Shown: positions 1-11,078, numbered from the stretch's first letter. The stretch: DNA of 64,000 nt from Blastocatellia bacterium (GCA_963832205.1 CAWHTK010000020.1:126512-190511), one strand, 5' to 3'. Notes: generated from the letters alone by a model not told the origin. Made by a program: numbers and translations.

Positions 1-384
1 ACCGCGCGCGCCATCGCGGCGATGTTCGCCCCGCGCGTGCCAAAGCTCGCGCGACATAGCACCGGAAAAGATATGCCGTACTTTGTGCCCGCGTGCGCGT
101 TGAGCACCATCGGTATCAATACGATGGTGTTGCCGAGCAGTATGGTCATCATCGCCTGCCACCAGTTCATCCCCTGCTCGATGAAACTGCCCGCGAGCGT
201 ATAGGTCGTGATGACGACCGACATGCCTATCCAGAGCGCGGCGATGTTATAAGTTGACCAGGTCCGCTCTTTGATCGTCGTGGGCGCAAGGTCGCGATTC
301 CACAAGCGGCGAGTATGAAAGGTCTTCGTTTAGCTCTATAAAATCGCGCTTTTCGTCGGGCGTAAGGTCGATCTGAGCGGCCAT
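1..384 (-). CDS. NCS1-family nucleobase/hydantoin:cation symporter (partial; the 3' part of the gene lies beyond position 1)
   Basis: Reverse translation from the ATG at 384 (RBS ggagg upstream) gives MAAQIDLTPDEKRDF...NIAALWIGMSVVITTYTLAGSF...LLGNTIVLIPMVLNAHAGTKYGISFPV, typical of cytosine/uracil/allantoin/hydantoin permeases. Not in the ORF track because no stop falls inside the window. Confidence 0.6.
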
Positions 385-471
385 GGATTTCCTCCGGCTA
401 GAGATGACCGGAAGACTCTACGCTTTTGGCGGGCATTTAGGAAGATTTTTTTTAAGCTGCGCGGCCCGTCG

Positions 472-1923
472 TCATGACCGCGCAGCCTTTCGGTCGCGAT
501 TATTGGCGGCGGTGCCGTCGAAATAAGTCTGCGCCTTCTGCCAGGCGCGCTCGCCTATGAGCCTGCCCATGTTGCGGCCGCGCAGGTTGCCGTCTCGAAA
601 ATGTATTCCGCCGTAGAGGCGCGACAAACCGGCTTCCTGGGACGCGAGAGAGAATGTCCGCCAGGAAAGTAGTATGTCGGTCGCGGGAGTAAGACCGGGC
701 TCGATGAGCGAGCTGCCCGCGCGGACTACGGCCGAGCCTCCGAACCGGTCGCTGCCCGTAAAGGACTTCAGTATCTCGGCGCTCGCCGCGCTGAAGGTGC
801 TGTGCCCCGAAACGTATTCGGCGAACGGCGGCGTCAGAAATGACGGCACCTGATAGGGCAACCAGTCCTCGCCCATTATGTGCTTGTTGCCCTGAAAAGG
901 GCCGGCCCACGCGACTACCGACTGGCCGCGGAACAGCTCGCGGATGGCGGTGATCGGCCGCACGTAATCGTAAAACCGCTTTGCTTCCCAGCTTGCTATG
1001 CTTGCGTCGAGCAGCGCGTTTCCGAGGGCGAAAAACATCTTCGCGTCGTCATCAATGCTATGCCCGTCCCTTCGTGAAACGAACTGCGCGTGCAGTTGCC
1101 AGTGACCCGGCGGCGTCTCGGACCCCGGCCCGTCGGACCAGTACTCGGCTATGGCTTTTTGCGTATCGTTGAGGCGCGCGCTGATGCGGAGCACTTCGAG
1201 CGCCTGCTGGCGAAATTGCCGGTGCGGGAAGAATGACGGGGGCGTGGGCCGGAACTCGCTGGCCGAAGCGAGGCCGAAAGGCGTAACCCTCTCCCAGTGC
1301 GGCGTCAGAAACGTCTGGACCTGTCCGCTCGGAAGTCGAAGCGGCTGCCAGCGGTTTATGTCGACCACGTTGTCGGGCGAATTGACCGGGCGGTACCCGG
1401 TGTAATCGGAATATGCCCCCGGGTTCAGGTCGCCGAGCTGGTTCGATCCGTCATTGTGCCGAAACGACAGGAGCGCCGCCGCCGCCACGTTGCCTATGCC
1501 CGAGGGCGTGGTTGTGTCGGTGCTAGTATCGGAAGGGTTGTATCCCAACTGGCTCATCAATGCGTCGAACAGCGCCTTCTGCGTCGGGAACAGATCGACG
1601 AGCGCGCGGTAGGCGGCGAAGCTTACGGCCTTCTGTTTGTTTTCAAGCGTGCGCTCCGAGGCCGGCTGCCTGAGCGAGCCTCCGAGCCTCGTGCCGACGG
1701 CGACCGGGTCATAAGCCGCCCACGCGTCGTAGATGGACGTATGCACTATGGCAAGCGCGCGCGCGGCAATCGGCGGAGCCATGCGCGTGTTGCGTATGGC
1801 CTGAAGCATCGCGTCGTTCCATTGAACGACGGCGTTGTCTGCGGCCATCGCCTTAGTGGCAGCGCAGAGTAAGAGCAGAAGTATGAATGGGCGCAGAAAT
1901 ACCCTCAATCTTTTATTGTTCAT
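472..1923 (-). CDS. secreted PAP2-superfamily protein, vanadium-dependent haloperoxidase/acid-phosphatase-like
   Basis: Signal peptide MNNKRLRVFLRPFILLLLLCAATKAMA. N-terminal VQWNDAMLQAIRNTRMAPPIAARALAIVHTSIYDAWAAYD matches the V-haloperoxidase helical domain. C-terminal PAP2 motifs are present: RPITAIR, YVSGHSTFSAAS, SRLYGGIHFRDG. Confidence 0.75.
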   Translation of the reverse strand: MNNKRLRVFLRPFILLLLLCAATKAMAADNAVVQWNDAMLQAIRNTRMAPPIAARALAIVHTSIYDAWAAYDPVAVGTRLGGSLRQPASERTLENKQKAVSFAAYRALVDLFPTQKALFDALMSQLGYNPSDTSTDTTTPSGIGNVAAAALLSFRHNDGSNQLGDLNPGAYSDYTGYRPVNSPDNVVDINRWQPLRLPSGQVQTFLTPHWERVTPFGLASASEFRPTPPSFFPHRQFRQQALEVLRISARLNDTQKAIAEYWSDGPGSETPPGHWQLHAQFVSRRDGHSIDDDAKMFFALGNALLDASIASWEAKRFYDYVRPITAIRELFRGQSVVAWAGPFQGNKHIMGEDWLPYQVPSFLTPPFAEYVSGHSTFSAASAEILKSFTGSDRFGGSAVVRAGSSLIEPGLTPATDILLSWRTFSLASQEAGLSRLYGGIHFRDGNLRGRNMGRLIGERAWQKAQTYFDGTAANNRDRKAARS

Positions 1924-2124
1924 TGGTGCTCCCTGGTTTTACTGAAGTTCGCGGCAAATACTTTATTTGTGGCTATGGTTATATCGGACAGAGAAGGTGG
2001 TCCACGTACGTTCCCTGCTGGATAGTAGTATTTTATGGATTATGGGCGAAGCTACAAGTCTTTTTTGTCCAGGTCGGGAGTGGAAACCACCTGGTAAGAC
2101 GCCGAGTGCTCACGAGTGTGCGTG

Positions 2125-3510
2125 CTAATAACGGCCGCTGAATGTGCCGCGGCGAAGGAATTCGCCGTCGCCCGGACTGCCCACATAACTGCCGTCCTCT
2201 AGGATGACCCGGCCGCGCGAAAGCACGGTCTTTGTTACCCCTCGCACCTTCATCCCCTCATACGCGCTGTAATCGACGTTCATGTGATGCGAGTCGGCGC
2301 TTATAGTCATCTCTTCGTTCGGGTCGAAGATGACTATATCGGCGTCCGAGCCTACCGCTATCGTCCCCTTGCGCGGGAAGAGCCCGAACAGCTTTGCCGC
2401 CGAGGTCGAAGTGATCTCGACGAAGCGGTTCACGCTTATGCGGCCCGGTATGACGCCGCCGTTATAGACCAGGCTCATGCGGTGTTCGACGCCCGGCCCG
2501 CCGTTCGGTATCTTCGTGAAGTCGTCGCGCCCGAGTTCCTTCTGCTCCTTGAAGCAGAACGGGCAGTGATCCGTCGAGATGACCTGCAGGTCGTTACCGG
2601 CAATACCCTGCCAGAGCTTCTCCTGATTCCACTTCTCCCTGAGCGGCGGCGTCATCACGTACTTGGCGCCCTCGAATCCCTCCTGCTCGTAGTAGCTGTA
2701 GTCGAGGAATAGATACTGCGGGCAGGTCTCGGCATAGGCCGCTATCCCTGTGTCGCGCGCCGCGCGCACCTCTTCGAGCGCGTCGTAGCAGCTCAGGTGT
2801 ACGATATAGACGGGCGCGCCGGCCATATCGGCAATCGCGATTGCGCGATGGACGCCCTCGGCCTCGGCCTTTGTCGGCCGCGTCAGCGCGTGATATTTGG
2901 GAGCGGTCTTGCCCTCGGCGAGCGCTTCCTTGATGATCTCGTTTATCACAACGCCGTTTTCCGCGTGCATACATATAAGCCCGCCCGCGTTGCCCGCGAC
3001 TTTCATCGCCCGGTATATCGTGGCGTCGTCGACCAGAAAGACTCCCGGGTAAGCCATAAAGAGCTTGAAGCTCATTACGCCTTCGTTGATGAGCTGTTTC
3101 ATCTCCGGGATTCGCTCGTCGGGCAAATCGGTCGTGATCAAATGAAAGCCGTAATCTATCGCGGTCTTGCCTTCGGCCTTGCGGTGCCAGTTGTTAACGG
3201 CCTCGACCAGGGATTCGCCTTTGTATTGAACCGCAAAGTCTATGATCGTCGTCGTGCCGCCGTGCGCCGCGGCAATGGTCCCGGTGCGAAAATCGTCGGA
3301 TGAAGAGGTCCCGCCGAAGGGCAGCTCCATGTGGGTGTGCGGGTCGATGCCTCCGGGTATGACTAGCTTACCCGCGGCGTCGATCACGCGGTCTGCCTCC
3401 ATGTCGAGCCGGCGGCCTATGACCGCGACCTTGCCCTCTTCGATAAGAATGTCGGCGACGTAATTGTCGACCGCCGTCACCACCTGGCCGTTTTTGATGA
3501 GCACTCTCAT
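2125..3510 (-). CDS. dihydropyrimidinase / D-hydantoinase (cyclic amidohydrolase)
   Basis: 461 aa. MRVLIKNGQVV...IPGGIDPHTHMELPFGGTSSSDDFRTGTIAAAHGGTTTIIDF is the metal-binding HxH motif with carboxylated-Lys context seen in dihydropyrimidinases. Confidence 0.9.
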   Translation of the reverse strand: MRVLIKNGQVVTAVDNYVADILIEEGKVAVIGRRLDMEADRVIDAAGKLVIPGGIDPHTHMELPFGGTSSSDDFRTGTIAAAHGGTTTIIDFAVQYKGESLVEAVNNWHRKAEGKTAIDYGFHLITTDLPDERIPEMKQLINEGVMSFKLFMAYPGVFLVDDATIYRAMKVAGNAGGLICMHAENGVVINEIIKEALAEGKTAPKYHALTRPTKAEAEGVHRAIAIADMAGAPVYIVHLSCYDALEEVRAARDTGIAAYAETCPQYLFLDYSYYEQEGFEGAKYVMTPPLREKWNQEKLWQGIAGNDLQVISTDHCPFCFKEQKELGRDDFTKIPNGGPGVEHRMSLVYNGGVIPGRISVNRFVEITSTSAAKLFGLFPRKGTIAVGSDADIVIFDPNEEMTISADSHHMNVDYSAYEGMKVRGVTKTVLSRGRVILEDGSYVGSPGDGEFLRRGTFSGRY

Positions 3511-3579
3511 AGGCAGGCATTAAACAACAGCCGCGCCGCATCGTCAATGCCCCACATTTTCGTATTGAAAGTTGCGCTA

Positions 3580-3987
3580 TTAGATTCTGGTCACGGCCAG
3601 CCAGACGCGGTACCGGTTCGGGTCAACGCCGGAGCTTTCGCTGCGACCGGGGGTAACGCGAATCAGCCTTATTCGATAATTATCGAAATCGACCTCTTTG
3701 GGTGTGACGTGCGAGTTTAGTGTTACTGTCTGGTCGCGGCCGTCGGCGGTGACCAGTGACAATACGACTTCGGCGTTGCCGCTCCAGACGCACCTGACGC
3801 CTTCGGGGCAGCGGCTGTCTTGAGGCACGGCGGCGAAGGTGATCTTCAGCCGGGCGCGGTCGAGCGAGACTTCTTGACCGATCTTTATTTTAAACTCCCG
3901 GCCGAGCGCGGCCCGCGGTTTTGGAGCGGGCGCTTTCGCGTGCGCGACCGGAAGGATCAATAGTAAGGCAATGACCGCAAGCTTCAT
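3580..3987 (-). CDS. small secreted hypothetical protein
   Basis: Start at MKLAVIALLLILPVAHA (signal peptide), with a GAGGAG RBS upstream of the ATG at 3987. The longer ORF-track N-terminus is rejected. Confidence 0.5.
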   Translation of the reverse strand: MKLAVIALLLILPVAHAKAPAPKPRAALGREFKIKIGQEVSLDRARLKITFAAVPQDSRCPEGVRCVWSGNAEVVLSLVTADGRDQTVTLNSHVTPKEVDFDNYRIRLIRVTPGRSESSGVDPNRYRVWLAVTRI

Positions 3988-4102
3988 ACGAGTCTCCTCA
4001 ATCATGAGTTGCGCGCGGCCTGGCGAAAGTTGCCTCTTAATAAAACGGGCGGCAGACGGAAGCGCTTCCGCCCGCCGCCCGCGCTTGACATTCGATTGCC
4101 TG

Positions 4103-5964
4103 TCAGCGGCAGTCGCAGTCGTTATCTCTCACGTCGGAGTCGTTGATGTTGCAAACCCCGACGGTCAGGGGCACGCCAAAACTGGCCGTCGCCTTAAACG
4201 ACCGCTTCACCTTTGCCGATACATCACGGTTCGATGAGTCGTCCGTGAGCGTGATCTTGCAACTGCTATTTCGCTTGGCTCTACCGTTGCCGACCCTGAC
4301 CTGCCCGCCGCAGCAGAGAAAGTACCTGCCCCTTTCGCCGCCCTGGCTGATAAACATCAAAACCCGCGTCGGGTCATCGTCGTCCTGGAGGCACACGTCA
4401 TAAACGGTCACGGCGAAGCTGCACTGCGCCGTGTGGCCGAGCGCGTCGGCCGCCTCGCACCTCACGCCCGTCGTGCCGACCGGAAAGACGGAGCCCGACG
4501 GCGGCGTGCAGCTCAAGAAATTCGGCGAGCCTTCGGTGAAGGCCGGCGCGGGGAATGTGACGACCGCGCTCGGCGCCTGATCGCCCGACGAGCAGCTTGG
4601 CGGTCCCGCGCCGCCACATTAATATTCTGCGGGCAGACCATGGTAAGAGCTATGTCAGCTTCGTCTCTGAAGACATAGACCGCGCCGAGGCTGGCGAAGC
4701 TCCCCGGGATTGGGCGAACAGCGCCGACCAGTATCGTTCCCCTGTCTATCGCAACCCCGTGGCCCAACGACTCGACTACACTCCCATCGCTCGGCACTAT
4801 TGTTTGCTGCCGAGTCCATACCGAATGCATTCGCGAGAACAGGTATGCGGCGCCGATTTCGTTGGGGTCGTCTGCGTCCGTTAGCCTGTGGCGGGGAGCG
4901 CCTACGACCACTTTGTCGCCGGATATCGATACCGAGGTGGCAAAGCCCTCAAAGCTGTTTCCGTCATCCGCTACGAGCTTTGCCTGCTCCGACCAGGCCG
5001 TCCCGAGTCGGGCAAAGACGTACGCGGCCCCCTGATCCAGATGGCCGTCGGCTTCGGCGCCGGAAGCGCCGACCACCGCGGTGTCGCCGCTGATAGATAC
5101 CGTTGAGCCAAACCTGTCCTCGTGTGTCTTGTCACTCGCTTCGAGCTTTTGTTGCTGACTCCAGACGGCTCTCGAACGGGTGAAGACGTAAGCCGCGCCC
5201 GGATTGTACGGGCCTCTGTTCGAATGAGGTGCGCCCGCGATGACCGTGTCCCCGTCCAACGCGACCGAATCGCCGAGAAAATCCTCATCTTCTCCGTCAT
5301 TCGCCACGAGCTTAGCCTGCTCCGACCATGTCGCGCCCGAGCGGGTGAAGACATACGCGGCGCCTCTCAGGCGGCCGCCGGTGTTGGCCCACTGCGCGCC
5401 CACGACGGCGGTGTCGCCTTGAATCACTACCGACTCGCCGAACTGATCCGCCTGGGCGCCGTCGCTCGCTTCGAGTTTTTGTTGCAGCGACCATGTGCTG
5501 CCCAACCGGTGATAGACGTAAGCGATGCCCCTGGTGATGGCCCTGCGTTCCGTGCCGACTATGATTGTGTCGTCAGAGATCGATACCGAATGGCCGAACC
5601 TCAGCTCGGCCACGCCGTCGGCCGGCGTCAGTTCCGTCTGTTGGACCCAGCCGGCGCTCGTGCGTAAAAAGACATAGACCGCGCCCTGGTCCCGGTTCAG
5701 ACCCACGTCCTTAAACGGGGCGCCTACGACCGCCGTGTCGCCGCTTATGGCCGGAGACGCGCCGAACTCGTTGTTAGGCGTCGCGTTATTCGGTTGTAGT
5801 ATCGCCTGATGAAGGAACGCGGCTGCTCTATACTGATCTGCATCGCTGGTATTGCTTTGAAACGATAGGCAAAGAAACAGAATCGCTAAAAAGAGAAACC
5901 TAATTCTATAGCTGGTATTGAATCTCACTTTGAATCTCCGATTGACCGGCGGGTGGCGCAACAA
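4103..5964 (-). CDS. secreted FG-GAP-repeat protein with C-terminal HYR domain, read in two frames (apparent -1/+1 shift near 4625-4635)
   Basis: ORF 4513..5964 carries about 7 FG-GAP repeats (GAAYVF...W..Q.KL..DG...FG.SV...GDT.VVGA). Its tail turns Arg-rich junk after CPQNIN. A second frame opens immediately after a TAA and reads CGGAGPPSCSSGDQAPSAVVTFPAPAFTEGSPNF...GTTGVRCEAADALGHTAQCSFAVTVYDV, a HYR domain, through 4103. Confidence 0.6.
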
Positions 5965-6027
5965 TAGATAGCTTTTAACAGAATACCTGATGCTCGTTCA
6001 ACCTGATTCTTCGATCTTTCGGCGGGC

Positions 6028-6069
6028 AAGATAAAGTTAAAAGAGCGGGGCAGGGACGAGCCCTGCCCG
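6028..6069 (-). terminator. rho-independent terminator downstream of the aminotransferase gene
   Basis: Hairpin gcggggcaggg/ccctgcccgt at 6046..6069, followed on the minus strand by a T-rich tract (tcttttaacttta). Confidence 0.4.
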
Positions 6070-6081
6070 TTTGATGACTCC

Positions 6082-7416
6082 CTATAGAGCCGCGAACGCA
6101 TGGTCGAGCGCCGCGGCGAGTTCATCGATGTCTGACCGGGTCGCGACGAGCGGCGGGCCGAGCCGTATGATGTTGCCGTGGAGACCGCCTTTGCCTATTA
6201 GCACGCCGCGCCGGCGGGTCTCTTCAAATACTCGAAGCACCGACTGCGGGTCGGGCTCTTTTGTCGTACGGTCCTTCACGCACTCGATTGCCTGCATCAA
6301 CCCCATGCCGCGCACGTCGCCGATGACCGCGTATTTTTCTTTCAGCTCTTCGAGCCGGGCTCTCAGATAATCGCCCACGACGCGGGCGTTGCTCGGCAGG
6401 TCGTTCTCTTCTATCACGCGGATGGTCGCGATCGCGGCGGCCGACGTCACCGGGTTCCCGCCGAAGGTCGAAAATGTCAGCGAAGGATATTTATCCGCAA
6501 TTTCCGGCGTTGCCGTCGTGCATCCGATAGGCGCGCCGTTGGCCATGCCCTTTGCGAAGGTCATCACTTCGGGCTCGACATCCCAGTGCTCTATGCCGCA
6601 CCACCGGTCGCCCGTCCGGCCCCACCCCGTCTGCACTTCATCGCAGATGAATATGCCGCCATAACGCCGCACGATCTCAGTAACGACTTTAAAGTAATCC
6701 CTGGGCGGCGTGATGAAGCCGCCGACGCCCATTATTGGCTCGGCAATAAACGCCGCGATCTGTCCCGTGGTCGAAGTTTGGATCAGTTCTTCGACGTCGC
6801 GGGCGCACTCCATCGCGCAGTTATCGGGGGTCGCGCCAAACGGGCAGCGATAACAGTAAGGCGCGTGCGCGTGGACGATGCCCGGCACGAGCGAGGGGCC
6901 GTGCTTCCAGGTCGCGTGACCGGTGGCCGTCATATTCATGACCGAGCGGCCGTGGTAGGCGTAGCGCAGCGCAATGATCTCGGTCCGGCCGGTATATATG
7001 CGGGCGAGCACCATAGCGGTCTCATCCGCCTCGGTCCCGCTGTTGGTAAAGAAGCTCTTCTTGAGGTTTCCGGGCGTGATTTGCGCGAGCTTCTCGGCAA
7101 GCTCGACCTGCGGGCGATTGATATATAGCGTAGAGGTGTGAGCGATTGCGGCCGCCTGCCTGGCCATCGCCTCTACCACTTCGGGTCGGGCATGGCCCAC
7201 GGAAGTCGTGAGCACGCCGCCGAAGCAATCGAGGTAGCGGTTGCCCTCCGCGTCCCAGACGTGCATCCCCTCGCCGCGTTCAAGCACAATCGGGTGCTCG
7301 TAATACGTGGCGACGCAGGGCCACAGGTACTCTTTCTGCTTCTCAATAATTTCAGATATGGCTGGTTCGGGTGTCGCGTTGGGTGCCGTCACTTTGTCCT
7401 CCGATAAAAAAATCAT
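6082..7416 (-). CDS. class-III (omega) aminotransferase, beta-alanine/aminobutyrate-pyruvate type
   Basis: 444 aa, PLP fold type I class-III motifs (FICDEVQTGWGRTG, TFAKG). Closest family is alanine-glyoxylate / beta-alanine-pyruvate aminotransferase. Confidence 0.85.
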   Translation of the reverse strand: MIFLSEDKVTAPNATPEPAISEIIEKQKEYLWPCVATYYEHPIVLERGEGMHVWDAEGNRYLDCFGGVLTTSVGHARPEVVEAMARQAAAIAHTSTLYINRPQVELAEKLAQITPGNLKKSFFTNSGTEADETAMVLARIYTGRTEIIALRYAYHGRSVMNMTATGHATWKHGPSLVPGIVHAHAPYCYRCPFGATPDNCAMECARDVEELIQTSTTGQIAAFIAEPIMGVGGFITPPRDYFKVVTEIVRRYGGIFICDEVQTGWGRTGDRWCGIEHWDVEPEVMTFAKGMANGAPIGCTTATPEIADKYPSLTFSTFGGNPVTSAAAIATIRVIEENDLPSNARVVGDYLRARLEELKEKYAVIGDVRGMGLMQAIECVKDRTTKEPDPQSVLRVFEETRRRGVLIGKGGLHGNIIRLGPPLVATRSDIDELAAALDHAFAAL

Positions 7417-7650
7417 ACGAGCGGGATGGCCCGTTTATTAAACATCAGCCACCCTGAAGCGTCAATGCCCGCCCTGGCAGCCAAAAGCGGTCCGCGGCTG
7501 GTGTCGCCGCGAATCCTGCTGCTACCGCGTGCAAGCCGACTCGTCACATTATGTTGCTACGGCGCGCGCCAATCACCTACTATTTGTGACTCGCGAGCGG
7601 CCGCATATTGTGGAGGCCGCGCTTGAATAATCATAGAAGGAGAATTTGTA

Positions 7651-8160
7651 ATGAGAAGTATCAGGTTGATTGGCAGCATCACGCTCGTACTCGTCTTTGT
7701 GGCCGTCGCCGCGGCCGCGCAAAAACCGAGTTTTACGGGCACCTGGATCATGGATAAAGAGAAGAGCACCGGACTGCCGCCTGAAGTCGATCAGGTAATG
7801 AAGGTCAACCAGGCGGGCGATAAGATAGAGCTCGAAACGAAGGTCTATACCGAGCAGGGGAGCTTTAGCATAAGCGACAGCTACACGGTGAGCGGCAAGG
7901 AGGTTGACTTCGCCCCGCAGACGCCGCAGGGGCCGAACGGTAAAGGCAAGCGCACGGCAAAATGGACCGACGAGGGTCTCGGGGTAGAGGTCGTCGAAGA
8001 GGCGACGCTTGAAACGCCGAACGGCGCGGTCACGCAGCAGGTCAGTCGCAAGTGGCTGCTTTCAGCCGACGGCAAGACGCTCACAATCGAGCTGAACATC
8101 AAGGGGCCGCAGGGCGCTCAGACCTCCCGCCGCCACTTCACGCGCAAAGTCGAAGGGTAA
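7651..8160 (+). CDS. secreted hypothetical protein
   Basis: agaaggaga RBS. Signal peptide MRSIRLIGSITLVLVFVAVAAAAQ. No recognisable domain. Confidence 0.5.
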   Translation: MRSIRLIGSITLVLVFVAVAAAAQKPSFTGTWIMDKEKSTGLPPEVDQVMKVNQAGDKIELETKVYTEQGSFSISDSYTVSGKEVDFAPQTPQGPNGKGKRTAKWTDEGLGVEVVEEATLETPNGAVTQQVSRKWLLSADGKTLTIELNIKGPQGAQTSRRHFTRKVEG

Positions 8161-8177
8161 ATCGCAGCGCGGCGCGT

Positions 8178-9329
8178 TCAAACCTTGTTGGCTTTTAGCT
8201 CCGACAAAGGATAGTGCGTACCGCGCCAGCTTATGCCGTTGTTTTTGAGCGCCAGAATCATCGAGCGCCAGATTATAAATATGAAGAGCAGCGTTGCCGG
8301 CGCGTGCCCCACGCCGTACCACCGCCTGAGCCCCTGAAGTCTTGCCGACCCCCAGTAGAGCAGGAATATCAGAACCACCGTCGCCGCGCTCACCCACCGC
8401 GCCGCGCCGTCGGTAACGAAGACGGAGATGAACGGCCAGACGTTCATAAAGAATAGGCCGAAGGTCGAGCCGATGACCGCCGCAATGCTATAATCGATTC
8501 CCGCAAACGAGTTCTTCATCAGCCCATCGATCAGCTCGCCGACCGAGCTGTACCATTCGACGTACATCATATCTTTGCCGTATAGCATCTCCTGCCGATG
8601 GCCCGTCTTTTTAATCAGCTTGCCCAGCTTCATGTCGTCGTCGGGTCGCATCTTTATGGCCCGGTGCGTCCCCGCCGCGCGGTAGACTTCCGCGCGCACC
8701 ATGTTGAAGCCGCCGATGCCTATGTGCTTGCTGCTTTTCGAATCGCTTGCCTTCCACGGCCGCGAGTAAAGCGAGAAGAATATGCCGAATGCTCCGGTGA
8801 AAATGCCGAGCAGGACGCCCGGCATCCGCACCTCGGCCGCGACCGTCACATGGTCGAGTCGCCGGGCGAGCATATGCCCGACCGCGCGGCTGATGGCCGA
8901 GGGCTTCATGACTATATCGGCGTCGGTAAATAGCAGTATCTGGCCGGTCGCTTTGCTGGCCCCGACGAAAAGCGCGTGGTTTTTCCCGAGCCAGCCCGGC
9001 GGGAGCGATTCTATGTGTATGACGCGCAGCCGGCGGTCAGCTTCGCGGCAGCGGTTTAGTATCTCCCCCGTGCGATCAATCGAGCGGTCGTTGATTACTA
9101 TGAACTCCAGATCTTCGTAATCTTGAGAGAGCACCGACAGCAGCGCCTCTTCAATATTCTTCTCCTCGTTGCAGGCCGGGATGATGACGGATACGCGCGG
9201 CGGGCGCGACACCGCGGGCTCAATATCTTTAAGGAATTTTATAGAGCGGCTGCCGATGAAGGATTCGATGGCGAAAAGAACCCAGATCGCAAGCACGAAC
9301 AGGGCCGCGTAAAAAAGGAAGGTCTCCAC
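8178..9329 (-). CDS. family-2 glycosyltransferase (membrane)
   Basis: VSVIIPACNEEKNIEEALLSVLSQDYEDLEFIVINDRSIDRTGEIL (GT2 DxD region), plus N- and C-terminal transmembrane helices. Confidence 0.75.
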   Translation of the reverse strand: METFLFYAALFVLAIWVLFAIESFIGSRSIKFLKDIEPAVSRPPRVSVIIPACNEEKNIEEALLSVLSQDYEDLEFIVINDRSIDRTGEILNRCREADRRLRVIHIESLPPGWLGKNHALFVGASKATGQILLFTDADIVMKPSAISRAVGHMLARRLDHVTVAAEVRMPGVLLGIFTGAFGIFFSLYSRPWKASDSKSSKHIGIGGFNMVRAEVYRAAGTHRAIKMRPDDDMKLGKLIKKTGHRQEMLYGKDMMYVEWYSSVGELIDGLMKNSFAGIDYSIAAVIGSTFGLFFMNVWPFISVFVTDGAARWVSAATVVLIFLLYWGSARLQGLRRWYGVGHAPATLLFIFIIWRSMILALKNNGISWRGTHYPLSELKANKV

Positions 9330-9439
9330 GCCAGTGTTATAACCTGCCGGGCAATCGAAAGCGAACGTCCGTCCAGATTGCGATTGCGGATTCTTTCAGT
9401 AAGGAGGGACCCGTCGCGGGTTTGCCGTTTCGGGGGCCG

Positions 9440-10907
9440 CTACTTGTAATTAATATAGACTGCTTTCGTTTCGGTGTAGAAGCTGAGCACCTCGTCACCG
9501 ACTTCGCGCCCGCCGTAGCCCGATTCCTTTATCCCGCCGAACGGCGCGTGCGAATAGCCACCTACTCCGGGGCGGTTGACGTGTATGATCCCGCTTTCCG
9601 ACGCTTCGGCGAATCGAAATACTCGCGCGACATCGCGGGTGAAGATCGAGGCGGTGAGCCCGTAGCGCACGGAGTTGGCGACGCTCAGGGCTTCTTCGAA
9701 ATCTTTCGCGCGAATGACGGCGAGGACCGGCCCGAATATCTCTTCGCGCGCGACCTCCATTTCCGGCGTGGCCTCGATGACCGTAGGCTTGAAGAAGAGC
9801 CCGCGCCCAAGGTCGGGTTCTTCGAAGGCCGAGCCGCCCGCGCACAATCGCGCATTCTCTTTACGGCCCGACTCGACGAATCGGCTCACGCCGTCCAGGG
9901 CCCTCTCGTTGACGAGCGGACCCATCTCGACTCCGTCACGGGTCCCAGGACCGACTTTAATCGAAGAGACGCGGTCGACCAGGCGGGCCAGGAAATCATC
10001 GTAAGCGTTGCCCACGAGGATGGCGCGGCTCGTAGCCGTGCATCTCTGCCCGGTCGCGCCGAACGCGCCCGCCACGACCCCGCTTATGGCCAGATCGATG
10101 TCGGCGTCTTCGAGCACGATCTGCGGATTCTTACCGCCAAGCTCAAGCTGCAATTTCAACAGGCGGGGGCCGGCCGCGCGGGCGATTATCTTGCCGACTT
10201 TCGTCGAGCCGGTAAAGGAGACGCCGCGCACGGACTCATTTTCGATCAGTTCCTCGCCCGGCTCCGCGTCGCCGTGGACGAGGTTGATGACCCCCGGCGG
10301 GAGCCCTACTTCTTCGAGCCCGCCGACGAGCATCGCCGCCGTCATGGGCGTGAGCGGCGAAGGCTTCAGCACCGCGGTGTTGCCGCTGATGAGCGCGGGC
10401 GCGATCTTCCAGACGGGGATGGCCACGGGGAAATTCCACGGGCTGATCAGCCCGACGACCCCGAGCGGGTGCGGGGTCGAATAACAGAAGACGGCCTCTT
10501 CTTCGGCGGGAAAGACCCGGCCCGTAAGTCTTCGGCCCATGCCGGCCGTGTATTCGAGTATGTCCATGGAGCGGCGCACTTCGCCCGCGGATTCGGCGAG
10601 CGTCTTACCCTCTTCGCGCGTGAGCATCAAGCGCGAGCTCGTCTTTATGCGAATCTATCCAGCTCAGCCAGTCGAAAAGCAGGCGCCCGCGGCGCGGGGC
10701 CGGCGTGGCCGACCACGAGTCGAACGCCTTGCGGGCGGCTTCAATCGCGCGGCGCGCGTCTTCGCGCACGGAATCGGGCGCGCGGCCCGCGAGCAGCGAC
10801 TTGTCGGCCGGGTCGAAGCGGTCGGTCCACCTGTCTGATTCGGACGGCTCCCACCGGCCTCCAATAAAGTTCAGAACCGTGTCGCCCGGCTTTGGGACTC
10901 CAGTCAT
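9440..10907 (-). CDS. NAD(P)-dependent aldehyde dehydrogenase split by a single frame disruption near 10620-10640
   Basis: ORF 10605..10907 is the ALDH N-terminus (...FDSWSATPAPRRGRLLFDWLSWIDSHKDELA). ORF 9440..10630 continues with LMLTREEGKTLAES...ELGGKNP...GQRC(T)A catalytic Glu/Cys motifs. The two halves overlap by 26 nt in different frames. Confidence 0.8.
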
Positions 10908-11078
10908 CCGTTACGCTCCTCTTAAATTCGGTATTGGCGCATTATACCTGAAGAGGTCGGGCCAGGAATTCTAATTATTGACACGCCGGGTCGGGCATAT
11001 TAGACTGGCGTCGTAGTTGTTTTGAAGCGTCACCGATAAAGGCACACCAGGAGTGATCCTGGGTCGCAAAGCCAAGGT

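Noticed and set aside
4398-4678. Small ORFs (4398..4619 minus, 4433..4678 plus) at the FG-GAP/HYR junction.
   Set aside because: They are alternative frames of the same junction region. They are compositionally biased (Arg-rich) with no independent support.
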